From: Gemmatimonadota bacterium
GTDB taxonomy: Bacteria > Gemmatimonadota > Gemmatimonadetes > Gemmatimonadales > GWC2-71-9
NCBI GenBank assembly: GCA_016704275.1
Contig: JADJAK010000005.1
Span: 107,473-171,472, forward strand
Direction of reading: 5' to 3'
DNA length: 64,000 bases
Shown piece after piece: positions 28,376 to 40,266 of the stretch (its first letter is position 1; every line of letters begins with the position of its first letter). Under the pieces are notes generated by a model, which searched no databases, was not told the origin of the DNA, and was given only the letters and a program-made list of their open reading frames with translations. A program made the position numbers and the translations under genes.

Positions 28376-29224
28376 ATGTCGAAGATCGCAGTCATCGGTT
28401 CGGGCACGATGGGCAACGGCATCGCCCACGTCTTTGCCCAGCACGGCCACGACGTCTCCCTCATCGACGTGAATGCGGCGGCACTGGAGAAGGCCAAGGC
28501 GACGATCGCCGGCAACCTCGACCGTCAGGTCAAGAAGGGCACCCTGGCGGCAGAGGCGCCGGCCGAGATTCTCGCGCGGATCACGACGGGGACGGACCTG
28601 GCGCTTGCGGCGCAGGCGGAGCTGGTGATCGAGGCGGCGAGCGAGAACCCCGCGATCAAGTTCGACATCTTCGCCAAGCTTGACGCCCTCTGCGGCCCAA
28701 ACACCCTCCTCGCCAGCAACACCTCCTCCATCTCCATCACCGAGATCGCCGCCAAGACCAAGCGCCCTGCGCAGGTCATCGGCATGCATTTCATGAATCC
28801 GGTCCCGGTGATGCAGTTGGTCGAGGTCATCCGTGGGCAGGACACGTCGGATGCGACCACGGCCACGGTGATGGACCTCTCGCGGGCGCTCGGCAAGACG
28901 CCGGTCGAGGTCAATGACTTCCCCGGCTTCGTCAGCAATCGCGTGCTGATGCCGATGATCAACGAGGCGATCTTTTGCGTCTTCGAGGGCGTGGCCACGC
29001 CCGAGTCGATCGACACCGTCATGAAGCTCGGCATGGCCCATCCGATGGGGCCGCTGACGCTCGCCGACTTCATCGGCCTCGACGTCTGCCTGGCGATCCT
29101 CAACGTGCTGCACACCGGCCTGGGGGACGACAAGTACCGCCCGTGTCCGCTGCTGAAGCGGATGGTGGCAGCCGGGCACCTGGGACGGAAGAGCGGAAAG
29201 GGATTCTACGTATACACGAAGTAA
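28376..29224 (+). CDS. hbd: 3-hydroxybutyryl-CoA dehydrogenase
   Basis: 282-aa ORF with the Rossmann N-terminus [17 protein letters not shown] and the motifs [14 protein letters not shown] and PGFVSNR. Confidence 0.9.
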   Translation: MSKIAVIGSGTMGNGIAHVFAQHGHDVSLIDVNAAALEKAKATIAGNLDRQVKKGTLAAEAPAEILARITTGTDLALAAQAELVIEAASENPAIKFDIFAKLDALCGPNTLLASNTSSISITEIAAKTKRPAQVIGMHFMNPVPVMQLVEVIRGQDTSDATTATVMDLSRALGKTPVEVNDFPGFVSNRVLMPMINEAIFCVFEGVATPESIDTVMKLGMAHPMGPLTLADFIGLDVCLAILNVLHTGLGDDKYRPCPLLKRMVAAGHLGRKSGKGFYVYTK

Positions 29225-29232
29225 GGTGCAGT

Positions 29233-29267
29233 ATCGATGATCGATGATCGATCATCGATGATCGATC
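29233..29267. repeat. Second ATCGATG heptamer array with the same 20-nt palindrome
   Basis: The sequence is ATCGATGATCGATGATCGATCATCGATGATCGATCA, starting 9 nt after the hbd stop. The identical palindrome is at 29240-29259. Confidence 0.85.
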
Positions 29268-29300
29268 ACCAGCCTCACCTTCTGACGGAATGGATTTCTC

Positions 29301-30368
29301 ATGGATACCTTCGCCAGCATGCAGACCATGGGCCACGAGCAGGTGGTCTTCTCCCATGAACCGTCCTGCGGCTACTTCGGCATCATCGCGATCCACGACA
29401 CCACCCTCGGGCCTGCCCTCGGCGGCACCCGGGTGTGGCAGTACGAGAGCACCGATGCGGCGCTGCACGACGCCCTGCGGCTGGCGCGCGGGATGACCTA
29501 CAAGAGCGCGGTGGCGGGTCTGAACCTCGGTGGGGGCAAGGCGGTCATCGTCGCGGACCCGAAGCGCGCCGATCGCGAGTCGCTGTTCCGCGCGCATGGC
29601 CGCTTCGTCGAGTCGCTGGGGGGCCGCTACATCACTGCCGAGGACGTCGGCACCTCGCCCACCGACATGGAGTTCATCAAGCGCGAGACGAAGCATGTCG
29701 CCGGCCTGCTGAACCTCTCCGGCGACCCATCGCCGGTGACCGGCTACGGCGTCTACGTCGGCATGAAGGCCTCGGCGAAGGCGAAGTGGGGGAAGGACTC
29801 GCTCGCCGGCAAGACGATCGCGGTGCAGGGGTGCGGCAAGGTGGCCTACTACCTGATGAGCCACCTCAAGCAGGAAGGCGCCCGCCTGATCGTCAGCGAC
29901 ATCGACGAACAGAAGGTCCAGCGGGTCGTGGATGAACTCGGGGCCACCGCGGTGGCAGCCGATGCCATCTTCGATGCCAAGGCCGACATCTTCGCGCCGT
30001 GCGCCCTGGGGGCGATCCTCAACGACGACACCATCGCCCGGCTGAAGGTCGAGATCGTCGCGGGTGGGGCCAACAACCAGCTCGCCGAGGAGCGCCACGG
30101 CAAGATGATCGAGGAGAAGGGGATCCTCTACGCCCCGGACTACGTCATCAATGGCGGCGGCGTGATCAACGTCTATGGCGAGCTGCAGGGTTGGACCATG
30201 GAACGGGCCAAGCGGAAGGCGCAGGAGATCTACGACACGATGACCCGGGTCTACACCATCGCGGCCCGCGACGGCATTCCGTCCTACCAGGCGGCCGACC
30301 GCCTCGCCGAGGAGCGCATTTCGTCGGTGGCGGCGCTCAAGCGGATGTGGGTGGCTGGGGACCGGTAG
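29301..30368 (+). CDS. Leucine (Leu/Val/Phe) dehydrogenase, Glu/Leu/Phe/Val dehydrogenase family
   Basis: 355-aa ORF with the catalytic-Lys motif NLGGGKAVI and the dinucleotide fold [10 protein letters not shown]. Confidence 0.85.
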   Translation: MDTFASMQTMGHEQVVFSHEPSCGYFGIIAIHDTTLGPALGGTRVWQYESTDAALHDALRLARGMTYKSAVAGLNLGGGKAVIVADPKRADRESLFRAHGRFVESLGGRYITAEDVGTSPTDMEFIKRETKHVAGLLNLSGDPSPVTGYGVYVGMKASAKAKWGKDSLAGKTIAVQGCGKVAYYLMSHLKQEGARLIVSDIDEQKVQRVVDELGATAVAADAIFDAKADIFAPCALGAILNDDTIARLKVEIVAGGANNQLAEERHGKMIEEKGILYAPDYVINGGGVINVYGELQGWTMERAKRKAQEIYDTMTRVYTIAARDGIPSYQAADRLAEERISSVAALKRMWVAGDR

Positions 30369-30511
30369 TCGTAGGTCGTAAGTCGTAGGTCGTAAGTCGT
30401 AAGTCGTAGGTTGCGTGGGGTGGGTCGTGTCATCCTGAGCGGAGTCCGCGCAGCGGACGAAGTCGAAGGACCTCGTCGGCGACCTACGACCTACGACCTA
30501 CGACCTACGAC
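30368..30511. repeat. Composite hairpin element. Six GTCGTAG/GTCGTAA heptamers and four complementary CTACGAC heptamers flank a core GTCATCCTGAGCGGAGTCCGCGCAGCGGACGAAGTCGAAGGACC.
   Basis: The left arm is 30368-30409, the core 30429-30472 (inner hairpin GTCCGC-GCA-GCGGAC at 30444-30458) and the right arm 30484-30511. The arms can form a stem of about 28 bp with A-C mismatches at the GTCGTAA units. Confidence 0.8.
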
Positions 30512-30538
30512 TTCTCACCCCAACGAGTATCTTCCCGT

Positions 30539-30979
30539 ATGCCAGAACGCATCCCCATCGGCGCCGACCACGCCGGCTATGAACTCAAGGAAATCCTCGT
30601 CGCCGAACTGGAGCGGCGGGGCTTCGACGTCGAGGATGTCGGGACGCACTCGAACGAGTCGACCGACTACGCTGACTACGCCCACCCGGTGGCGCGCGAG
30701 GTCGAGACGGGCGAGGCGAAGCGCGGCATCCTGATGTGCGGGACCGGCCTCGGGATGAGCTACGCGGCCAACCGGCACCCTGGGGTGCGGGCGGCCGTGG
30801 CCTGGACGCCGGAGGTGGCCGCCCTGGCACGCCAGCACAATGATGCCAACGTGCTGGTGCTCCCGGCCCGCTTCATCGACGCTGAGACCGCCCGCGCCAT
30901 CCTCGGCGCCTGGCTGGACACTCCCTTCGAGGGCGGCCGCCACGAACGCCGCATCGCCAAGATCGAGGACGCCACGTGA
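30539..30979 (+). CDS. rpiB: Ribose-5-phosphate isomerase B
   Basis: 146-aa ORF with the motifs [29 protein letters not shown] and HNDANVL. Confidence 0.9.
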   Translation: MPERIPIGADHAGYELKEILVAELERRGFDVEDVGTHSNESTDYADYAHPVAREVETGEAKRGILMCGTGLGMSYAANRHPGVRAAVAWTPEVAALARQHNDANVLVLPARFIDAETARAILGAWLDTPFEGGRHERRIAKIEDAT

Positions 30980-32250
30980 CCGACGCATTGCAGCATGACG
31001 CCCCGCTGAGCTCCGCCGACCCGATCATCGCCGGCCTGATCGGGAAGGAGTTGCGACGTCAGCAGGAGGGGCTCGAGCTGATCGCCAGCGAGAACTTCGC
31101 CTCCCGCGCGGTGCTCGAGGCGATGGGCAGCTGCCTGACCAACAAGTACGCCGAGGGCTACCCCGGCAAGCGCTATTACGGCGGCTGCGAGGTCGTCGAC
31201 CAGGTGGAGCAGCTGGCCATCGACCGGTGCAAGCAGCTCTTTGGCGCGCCGCACGCCAACGTGCAGCCGCACTCCGGCGCCCAGGCCAACTTTGCCGCCT
31301 TCATGGCGGTGATCAAGCCGGGCGAGACGTTGATGGGGCTCGCGTTGCCACATGGCGGCCACCTGACCCACGGCGCCCCGATCAACCACTCCGGGCAGGT
31401 GTGGAAGTCGGTGCAGTATGGCGTCCGCGCCGACACCGGCCGGATCGATTACGACCAGGTGCGCGAGATGGCGCGCCGCGAGCGGCCGAAGCTGATCATC
31501 GCCGGCGGCTCGGCCTACGCCCGCATCATCGACTTCGCGGCCTTCCGCGCGATCGCCGACGAAGTCGAGGCGACCTTCCTGGTCGACATGGCGCACTTCG
31601 CCGGGCTCGTGGCGGGTGGCGTGCACCCGAATCCGCTCGAGCACGCGCACATCGCGACGTCCACCACGCACAAGACGCTGCGCGGCCCCCGCGGCGGCAT
31701 CATCCTCTGCCACGAACCACACGCCAAGGCGATCGACAAGTCGGTCTTCCCGGGGAGTCAGGGCGGGCCGCTTGAGCATGTGATCGCCGCGAAGGCTGTC
31801 GCCTTCGGTGAGGCGCTGACGGAGGACTTCCGGGCCTATTCGCGTCGGGTGGTCGACAACGCCCACACGCTCTCCGAAGCGATGGTCGAGCGCGGCTATG
31901 CCATCGTCTCGGGCGGCACCGACACGCACCTGATGCTCGTGGACCTCCGGCCGAAGGAGCTGACGGGGAAGGAAGCCGAACGCGTGCTCGGCGAGGCTGG
32001 CATCACGGTCAACAAGAACACCATCCCGGACGACCCGCAGTCGCCGTTCGTGACCTCGGGGATCCGTCTCGGGACGCCCGCCATCACGACGCGCGGCATG
32101 GGTGCAGCGGAGATGGTCCGGGTGGCGGAGTTGATCGACCAGGCGCTGACCTGTCATCACGACGCCGCCGTGCTCGCGCGCGTAAAGGGCAGCGTCGAGG
32201 AACTGGCGGGGAAGTTCCCGCTCTACGCCACCACCGGTGCCGAGGGCTGA
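30976..32250 (+). CDS. glyA: Serine hydroxymethyltransferase
   Basis: 424-aa ORF with the motifs LIASENF and [14 protein letters not shown], and the PLP-Lys motif [14 protein letters not shown]. Confidence 0.95.
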   Translation: MTDALQHDAPLSSADPIIAGLIGKELRRQQEGLELIASENFASRAVLEAMGSCLTNKYAEGYPGKRYYGGCEVVDQVEQLAIDRCKQLFGAPHANVQPHSGAQANFAAFMAVIKPGETLMGLALPHGGHLTHGAPINHSGQVWKSVQYGVRADTGRIDYDQVREMARRERPKLIIAGGSAYARIIDFAAFRAIADEVEATFLVDMAHFAGLVAGGVHPNPLEHAHIATSTTHKTLRGPRGGIILCHEPHAKAIDKSVFPGSQGGPLEHVIAAKAVAFGEALTEDFRAYSRRVVDNAHTLSEAMVERGYAIVSGGTDTHLMLVDLRPKELTGKEAERVLGEAGITVNKNTIPDDPQSPFVTSGIRLGTPAITTRGMGAAEMVRVAELIDQALTCHHDAAVLARVKGSVEELAGKFPLYATTGAEG

Positions 32251-32255
32251 GCCAG

Positions 32256-32645
32256 GTGCCTGATCTCCAGTTCGCCGACGGGGTGCTCGCCCGGATCCGC
32301 GCCGTCGCGGGAACGGAGTACGACGAGCGCGCCTATCTCTTCATGCTCGAGGCGATCGAGTTCCTCCAGGAGCGGCTCGATGCACGTCGGCACGTGACCG
32401 GGGCGGAACTGTCGTGGGCGTGTCGGGATCTGGCGCTCGAGCGCTTCGGACTGCTGGCGCAGCCGGTACTCGAGCACTGGCGCGTGACGCGGACCGCGGA
32501 CTTCGGCCGGATCGTCTACGCCCTCGTGGCCATCGGTCTGTTGAGCGTGCAGCCCGGCGACCGGGAAGAGGATTTCCTGGACGTCTTCGAGTTCGCCGGT
32601 GCCTTCGACACGATCGGCGCCATGCGGTGGGACCCCGCCGCATAG
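32256..32645 (+). CDS. Minf_1886-like (TIGR04138-type) small conserved protein of unknown function
   Basis: 129-aa ORF with a GTG start. The pattern HVTGAELSWACRDLALERFGLLAQPVLEHWRVTRTADFGRIVYALVAIGLL...REEDF matches my recollection of this family. Confidence 0.5.
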   Translation: MPDLQFADGVLARIRAVAGTEYDERAYLFMLEAIEFLQERLDARRHVTGAELSWACRDLALERFGLLAQPVLEHWRVTRTADFGRIVYALVAIGLLSVQPGDREEDFLDVFEFAGAFDTIGAMRWDPAA

Positions 32646-32761
32646 GCCAGTCGTTCGCCGCAGTGACCCACTGGTCGTCCCTTTCCACCGTGCGATCCGA
32701 TCCGTCATCGAGAGCCACGAGTTCCATCCCCCCCATACTCTGCGCTGGATGCGAGGCCGTC

Positions 32762-34450
32762 ATGCCGCTGTTGCGTCGAATTCTTCCCGGGGCGGTGGTC
32801 GTCCTTGCCGCGTGCTCGACAGGTCGGGCGCCCACCGTCGGACCTGTCACGCTCGAGTCGAGGTTGGCCGCCGCCAAGCAGGCCGCCGGCGAGATTCGCG
32901 AATCGGATATCCGACGTGATGTCGACTACCTCGCTTCCGACGCCAACATGGGGCGACGCACCCCGTTTCCGAATGCGCCCTCCCCTGGCTACGACTCCGC
33001 TGCCCACTACATCGCCCGACGGCTGAAGGAGCTCGGCGTCAAGCCGATGGGTGACAACGGGACGTACTTCGCGCACTACACGGTGACGCAGTCCAGGCTC
33101 GACACGACCCGCGTCTCCGGGTCGATCGGGACGGAGCCGTTGAAGTGGGGCGATGACTTCTACGTGTTCTCCTTCCTGGTCGGCGGGGTGCGTCAGGCGG
33201 ACGTGATTTGCGTCGGGGATGGACTGGCGCGGCGCAAGAAGGGGATCGACCCCTATGCAGACCTGGATATCAAGGGGAAGTGGATCCTCGTCAATCCCGT
33301 CACGGTGCGCGGGCAGGTGCGGAGCGGCGGTGTGCTTGGCGCCCCCGACACGATGGGCGTCATGGGTGTTGACTACACCACCTACCTGGAAGAGGCGCGT
33401 TTCAAGGGGGCGCTCGGGATCCTGCTGGTCCCCACCCCCGCATTGCTGAACGGCTGGAACCGGCGCGCGACCACAGGGCAGGACCTCAACCCGTCACTGG
33501 GGGTGGCCTACGCCCAGTACCAGGTCCCCCGCGTGGTCCTGTCGGAAGCCGCCGTCAGAAGGCTGCTGGCGGGAACCGGCGTCTCTGCCGCCGAGGTCCT
33601 CGCCGCGGATGCGACGAAGCGTTACCCCAAGTCGGCCGCGCTCGGCAAGCGCGTGACCATCAACTTCGCCGCGACGACCGCCGAGGCGCGCCCGTACAAT
33701 GTGGTCGGGTTGTGGGAAGGTTCCGACCCGAAGCTGAAGGAGGAGTGGATCTCGCTCGCGGCGCACCTCGACGGCGCGGTCCGCGCCGGCGGAGAGATCC
33801 CCGGCAACACGCTCCCCAACCAGTACAACGCCGCCGACGACAACGCCAGCGGCAGCGCGGGGAATCTGGCGATCGCGCGCGCCATCGTGGCCGGCCCGAG
33901 GCCTCGGCGTTCAATCCTGATGATCTGGGATTCTGGTGAGGAGACAGGGCTGTGGGGGACCCGCTTCATCGCGTACGGCCCGTGGTCGAACAAGCTGGTG
34001 CTCCACGTCAGCAATGACATGATCGGGCGCAGCCGTGCGCCCAACAGCGCGCGCATCCAGAATCTCTCGTCCGCGGATTCGATCTATGTCACCGGGCCGA
34101 AGTTGCTCAGCAGCAAGAGCCAGGCGCATCTGATGCGCGCCGCGAAGGAATTCCCGTTCATCGCCGTCGATCAGGTCTACGAGGACGTGACCAGCGAGTT
34201 CTATTATCCCCGGACTGACGCGGGCCCGTACCTCGAGAATGGCATTCCCATCATGCAGTTCTTCAACGGGACCACCCCGGAATACCACCAGCCGACGGAT
34301 GAACCACGCCTCCTCGACATCGCCAAGATCAGCAATGTCTCGAAGCTCTCCTACGGGGCGCTCTGGCTGGCGGCTGACGATCCGGAGCGCCCCAGGTGGG
34401 ATGGCCCGGTCCCGTACACCCTCTGGTGGGTGACCCCGAAGAATCGATGA
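32762..34450 (+). CDS. M28-family aminopeptidase lipoprotein with PA-like insert
   Basis: The ATG at 32762 gives MPLLRRILPGAVVVLAACS (lipobox). The Zn-site motifs are AAHLDG, NAADDNASGSA, SGEETGLWG and EYHQPTDE. Confidence 0.8.
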   Translation: MPLLRRILPGAVVVLAACSTGRAPTVGPVTLESRLAAAKQAAGEIRESDIRRDVDYLASDANMGRRTPFPNAPSPGYDSAAHYIARRLKELGVKPMGDNGTYFAHYTVTQSRLDTTRVSGSIGTEPLKWGDDFYVFSFLVGGVRQADVICVGDGLARRKKGIDPYADLDIKGKWILVNPVTVRGQVRSGGVLGAPDTMGVMGVDYTTYLEEARFKGALGILLVPTPALLNGWNRRATTGQDLNPSLGVAYAQYQVPRVVLSEAAVRRLLAGTGVSAAEVLAADATKRYPKSAALGKRVTINFAATTAEARPYNVVGLWEGSDPKLKEEWISLAAHLDGAVRAGGEIPGNTLPNQYNAADDNASGSAGNLAIARAIVAGPRPRRSILMIWDSGEETGLWGTRFIAYGPWSNKLVLHVSNDMIGRSRAPNSARIQNLSSADSIYVTGPKLLSSKSQAHLMRAAKEFPFIAVDQVYEDVTSEFYYPRTDAGPYLENGIPIMQFFNGTTPEYHQPTDEPRLLDIAKISNVSKLSYGALWLAADDPERPRWDGPVPYTLWWVTPKNR

Positions 34451-34479
34451 GCATTCGGCGGGCGGTGTAGCTTTCGGAC

Positions 34480-36020
34480 ATGCCCGTCATCCCCGTGATC
34501 ACGCCCGTGCAAGCGACGGCGTGGGATCAATTGGCCGAGTCGAGTGGCCGACCGCTTCGCACCCTCATGGAGTGCGCGGGGCGTGCCGTCGCGCAGTTGG
34601 TGCTTGAGCGCGTCGGCCCGCAGGCGGCGCAGGGAGTGCTCGTCGCCTGCGGGGCGGGGCACAACGGGGGCGACGGCTGGGTGGCTGCGCGGTTGCTGCA
34701 TCGACTTGGACTCCCCGTGTGGGTGGTCGAGAGCGAGCCGGCGCGCGCGGTGCTCACGCAGGCGGTGCGGGCCGAGGCGCTTGCCGACGGCGTGCGCACG
34801 GTCGCGACCGACGGCCCATGGCCAACCGTCGGCGTGGTCATCGACGCCGTGCTGGGGAACCGGCGCACACGGCGCCCCGCGCGCCCCGATCGACCACCTG
34901 TTGCCGCATCGCCGACCTGCAGCATCCGATCATCGCGGTCGATGGGCCATCGGGCCTCGACCTCGCGACCGGCGTCTCCTACGACGCCCTTCCCGCGCGC
35001 CTCACCGTGACCTTCGGCGCGCCCCGACGCGGCCATCTGCTCGCGCGTGATGAGGTGGGTGACCTGGTCGTGGTCGAGATCGGGCTCCCGGCACCCGATC
35101 CGTCGTGGCCCACCCTCGTGCAGCGTGGGTGGGCGGCAAGCCGCCTTGCACAGCTTCCCTCGAGGAGTCACAAGGGCACGCGCGGCCGGGTGGTGATCGT
35201 CGGCGGGAGCGAGGGGATGACCGGCGCGGCGCGGCTCGCCGCTCGCGCCGCCTTCGGCGCGGGCGGCGGCCTGGTGCACGTGGTCGCGCCGATCGGGGCG
35301 GCGACCACGTTGCGGACCGCCGAACCCGACCTGCAAGTGCTCGAGCATGCGTTCGAGGCGCCGCTCGATCATGCGCTGATCGCGCTGCTCCACAGCGCCG
35401 ATGTCGTGGTGATCGGCCCCGGACTGGGACGCGCCGCCGGAGCGTCGCGACTTCGTCCTGGCCGTGCTCGGCGAGAGCGCGCGCGCGGTGATCGATGCCG
35501 ACGCGCTGGTCGCCTCCGTGATGCGCTGCCTGAACTCTCCGCGCTCGCGGCGCGGAAGCCGCTGGTGCTCACACCACATCTCGGCGAGTTCCGCGCCCTC
35601 TTTCCCGGCTGCAGTCATTCACTCGAGACGGATCCGTGGGGTGCCGCCGAGTCGGCCGCCGCGGTGGTCCCGGGCATCGTGTTGCTGAAGGGCGTGCCGA
35701 CGGTGATCGCCCAGCATGATCAACCGACGCGCACCGTGGCGGCCGGCAATCCGGGCTCGCCACCGGCGGCAGCGGGGATGTGCTCTCGGGGATACTCGGC
35801 ACCATGATGGCCCAACCTCGACCACCCGCTCGACGCCGCCGCGGTTGCGGCTGGGCGCTCGGTGACGCGGCCGATCATGCCGCCCGACGCACCACCGCGC
35901 GCGATGCGCCCGATGGATGTGATCGCCGCACTCCCCGATGTGTGGCGCTGGTGGGGCCGCGACGCATCGACGCCGCACGCACCCGTGCTGCTCGAGCTCC
36001 CGGCACCGAGGCGCGAATGA
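34480..36020 (+). pseudogene. nnr: Bifunctional NAD(P)H-hydrate repair enzyme Nnr (epimerase + ADP-dependent dehydratase), interrupted by at least 6 frameshifts (real decay or sequence error)
   Basis: Recognisable segments lie in alternating frames: GAGHNGGDGW (frame 1), GTGAHGAPRAPIDHLL (frame 2), IADLQHPIIAVDGPSGLDL...HKGTRGRVVIVGGSEGMTGAARLA (frame 0), RDFVLAVLGESARAVIDADAL (frame 1), LVLTPHLGEF (frame 0), GDVLSGILGTMMAQ (frame 2) and MRPMDVIAALPDVW (frame 0). The final TGA overlaps the next ATG. Confidence 0.8.
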
Positions 36021-37603
36021 GGCGCCGGCTGATCGCAGTGCTTGCCGCGCTCGTCGCGGGATGTGGGCCCGCGATTGGTGGTGGGGCGGGGCTGCCATCG
36101 CCCGCGAGTCCGTTCCGACCAGAGGATCGAGTCGTGCTCGGCAACTTCGCCCGGGTAAACGCGATCGCCACCTCGTTTGATCGAGTCTTTGTCGCCTTCC
36201 CGACGGCCGTCAGGACTCTGGGCGCCCTCTGACGCAGCGGTGGGAGGTACCGCGGACGCCGCCACGCCCCGCGATGTTGCGCGACGTGCGCCTCGCCATC
36301 CTCGACCCTGCCGATCAGTCGCTCTGGCTCGGGACGGCGCAGGGGTGGATCCACTACACCCCGACGCTCGAGCGGTGGGACGAGGGCCCGCTTCCCGGGA
36401 CACCGACCGCCATCGGCGTCGACCCGGCGGACGGTATCGGCGGCGCGTGGTTCAGGATCGACGGACGCTGGTATCGACAGGCCCGCATCGGTGGCGCGAC
36501 GCAGCTTGCCACACCGTCCCGCTCGCTGCAGATCGCCCCGACGATCGACGACGCGCTGCGCGATGTGCCGCAACTCCGCACCATCGCGCCGCGACTCGTC
36601 ACCGGACCCGGTTTGGAGCAGGGTCGGCTCACCGCGGCCGCACCGCTCTCTGATGGTGCCACCTGGCTGCTCGGCACCAGCAATCTCGTGTGCTCAAGCT
36701 CGACCGGATCGGCGCCTCGGCGCCGCCGCTCGCCCTCGGCCTGCGCGGCACGAGCGTCGGCGCGATCGCCTTGCTGCCTGACGGCATCTGGGTCGCCACC
36801 GACGCGGAGTTGCGCACCTCTGCCGAGCTGGCCTTCCTGCCGCTCGATCTCTCGACAGCACCAGCGTCGACGGCGCACCGCCGTTCGGGCTGCCGTTCGC
36901 GGCAGCGCGCCGGATCGTCGCCTCGACCGCGCGCTGTGGCTGGCGACCGATCAGGGCGTGGTGCGGCTCACGCTTCCCGACCGACGGACCACCCGCTGGA
37001 ACGAGGTGAATGGCTTTGCCCGATCCGCGCACGCTGAGCCCGGTGCTGCATCAGGGGCGGATGGTGGCGGGCACGATGCGCGGCCTCGCGGAGGTGCAGG
37101 ACGATGGCACGCCGAGCGGCTGGCGATGCGATTCATCGATCCGGCCTACGCCCGTGCTCTCGCGCGGCGACACGCTCTGGGTGGGGGCGCCGTTCGGGTT
37201 GCGGGCATGGATGCCGGGTGAGGTTGGACTCGCCGAGCCCGAGGGGCTCGCCCGGCTTGGGTGGGGCGCGCGTACCGGTGCGAGGCATCGGCTACGTCGC
37301 GGGACACGTTGGTCGCGATGACCGAATCAACTGTTGTGGCGCGATCCGCTGAGCGGCGCCTGGACCGCGGGGCCACTGCTTTCCGGATTGGGTCGACTCA
37401 CCGCCTTCGCTGTCACGTCGGATGGAATCTGGGTTGGTGGTGACCGCGGGGCCGGCTTCGTGCGGCCGATGTCACCGCTGCTGCGCATCCTGTATGCACC
37501 GACCGACCTCCCCGGTGGCGTGACGGCGATCGCCAGCGAGGGGAGTTACCTCTGGATCGGCACGACGGAAGGGCTGGTGCGCCTGCGGTTGCAAGGGCGA
37601 TGA
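36017..37603 (+). pseudogene. Lipoprotein with Reg_prop-type (two-component regulator propeller) repeats, interrupted by at least 5 frameshifts
   Basis: A lipobox is present (LAALVAGCG). Repeats of the form LWLGTAQGWIHY, IWVATD, LWLATDQGVVRL, LWVGAPFGLRAW, IWVGGDRGAGFV and LWIGTTEGLVRL are spread over ORF fragments 36017-36232, 36274-, 36690-, 37010- and 37334-37603 in different frames. Confidence 0.65.
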
Positions 37604-38558
37604 CGAGTATTTCGCTGGGTGGCGGACGTGAGTTCGATCGGATTCGTCAGATCGCTGCCGCACTGGGGCCGTCCGCCGGCGCGCTCGGCGACGACACGGC
37701 GGCCATCCCGACGCGGCCCGGCATCATGGTGGTCTCGACCGATGCCTCCGTCGAGGCGGTGCACTTCCGGCGCGAGTGGTTGACGCTCCCCGAAATCGGC
37801 TGGCGATCCACGGCAAGCGCGCTCTCCGATCTCGCGGCCGCCGCCGCGACGCCAGGGGATCACCGTCGCGTTGGTGGTGCCGCCCGATCTCGACGATGCG
37901 GGGCTCGTCGCGGTGATGTCGGGTGTCGGCGAAGCGGCGCAGTCGGCGGGGTGTCGGGTACTTGGTGGGGATCTGTCGTCCGGGCCGTCGCTCGCCCTCA
38001 CCGTCACGGTCTTTGGCCATGCGCGTCCCGCGCCGATGTCGCGTCGCGGGGCGCAGCCGGGCGATGGGGTGTACGTGACCGGGGCGCTTGGCGCGGCACG
38101 TGCGGCCCTCCTCGATTGGTTCGATGGCGAAACGCCGAGCCCGGCGGCGCGGATGGCATTCGCCCGCCCGCAGCCGCGCATTATGGCGGGGCAGTGGCTG
38201 GCGGCGCAGGGTGCCACGGCGATGATGGACATCAGTGACGGGCTCGGTGGCGACGCGGCGCACCCGGCGGCGGCCTCCGCCGTCGCCTTGCGCCTCACCC
38301 TTGAGCGTTGCCCGATCCATCCTTCGGTCCATCGGGTGGCCACGCCGCGGCGAGCCGTTTGCCACGTTTGCCGCGGTCGGTGGCGAGGATTACGAGCTGC
38401 TGGTGACCATGCCGCCCGGGTTTGCGGCTGACCGGGAGTGCGAGCCCGCCGCCGGGGTGGTCCTGACGCGGATTGGCGACGTCGTGGCCGGTGCCGGGGT
38501 CGAGACGACGCTTCGGGGCGTCCCGGTGGCGCTGACCGGCTTTCAACACCGCCTCTGA
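37600..38558 (+). pseudogene. thiL: Thiamine-monophosphate kinase, interrupted by 2 frameshifts
   Basis: The N-terminus (GEFDRIRQIA...GDDTAAI...STDASVEAVHFR) is in the frame of 37600. The middle (VLGGDLSSGPSLALTVTVFG...GDGVYVTGALGAA...MDISDGLGGD) is in the frame of 37871. The C-terminus (GGEDYELLVTMPP) is in the frame of 38235. Confidence 0.85.
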
Positions 38559-40203
<1,645 letters not shown>

Positions 40204-40222
40204 CCCCCGAGTACCAAACGAA

Positions 40223-40254
40223 GCGACCCGCCGCCCAATGGGGCGGCGGGTCGC
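40223..40254. terminator. 14-bp perfect GC-rich hairpin between the convergent ftsB-like gene and tRNA-Met (probable bidirectional terminator)
   Basis: GCGACCCGCCGCCC-AATG-GGGCGGCGGGTCGC. On the minus strand it is followed by TTCGTTTGG. On the plus strand the T tract is weak (TCTGTCGT). Confidence 0.55.
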
Positions 40255-40266
40255 TCTGTCGTGGAG

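Noticed and set aside
28333-28683. ORFs beginning MIDHRCLT... and other MIDHRSSI-containing translations on both strands
   Set aside because: They are produced by translating the ATCGATG repeat arrays and then run out of frame into, or antisense to, hbd and thiolase.
28315-30511. CRISPR array
   Set aside because: The repeats are 7-nt units in direct tandem without spacers, each array is under 45 nt per arm, and there are no cas genes. They are simple or palindromic repeats, not CRISPR.
30411-30734. 107-aa ORF (MRGVGRVILSGVRAADEVEGP...)
   Set aside because: Its 5' part is a read-through of the intergenic hairpin element. Its 3' part is an out-of-frame overlap of rpiB, which has clear family motifs.
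34850-38400. Programmed ribosomal frameshifting or recoding as the explanation for the frame switches
   Set aside because: There are too many switches (at least 13), in both +1 and -1 directions, across three unrelated housekeeping genes, with no shared slippery heptamer or downstream structure. Sequence error or recent indel decay is far more parsimonious.
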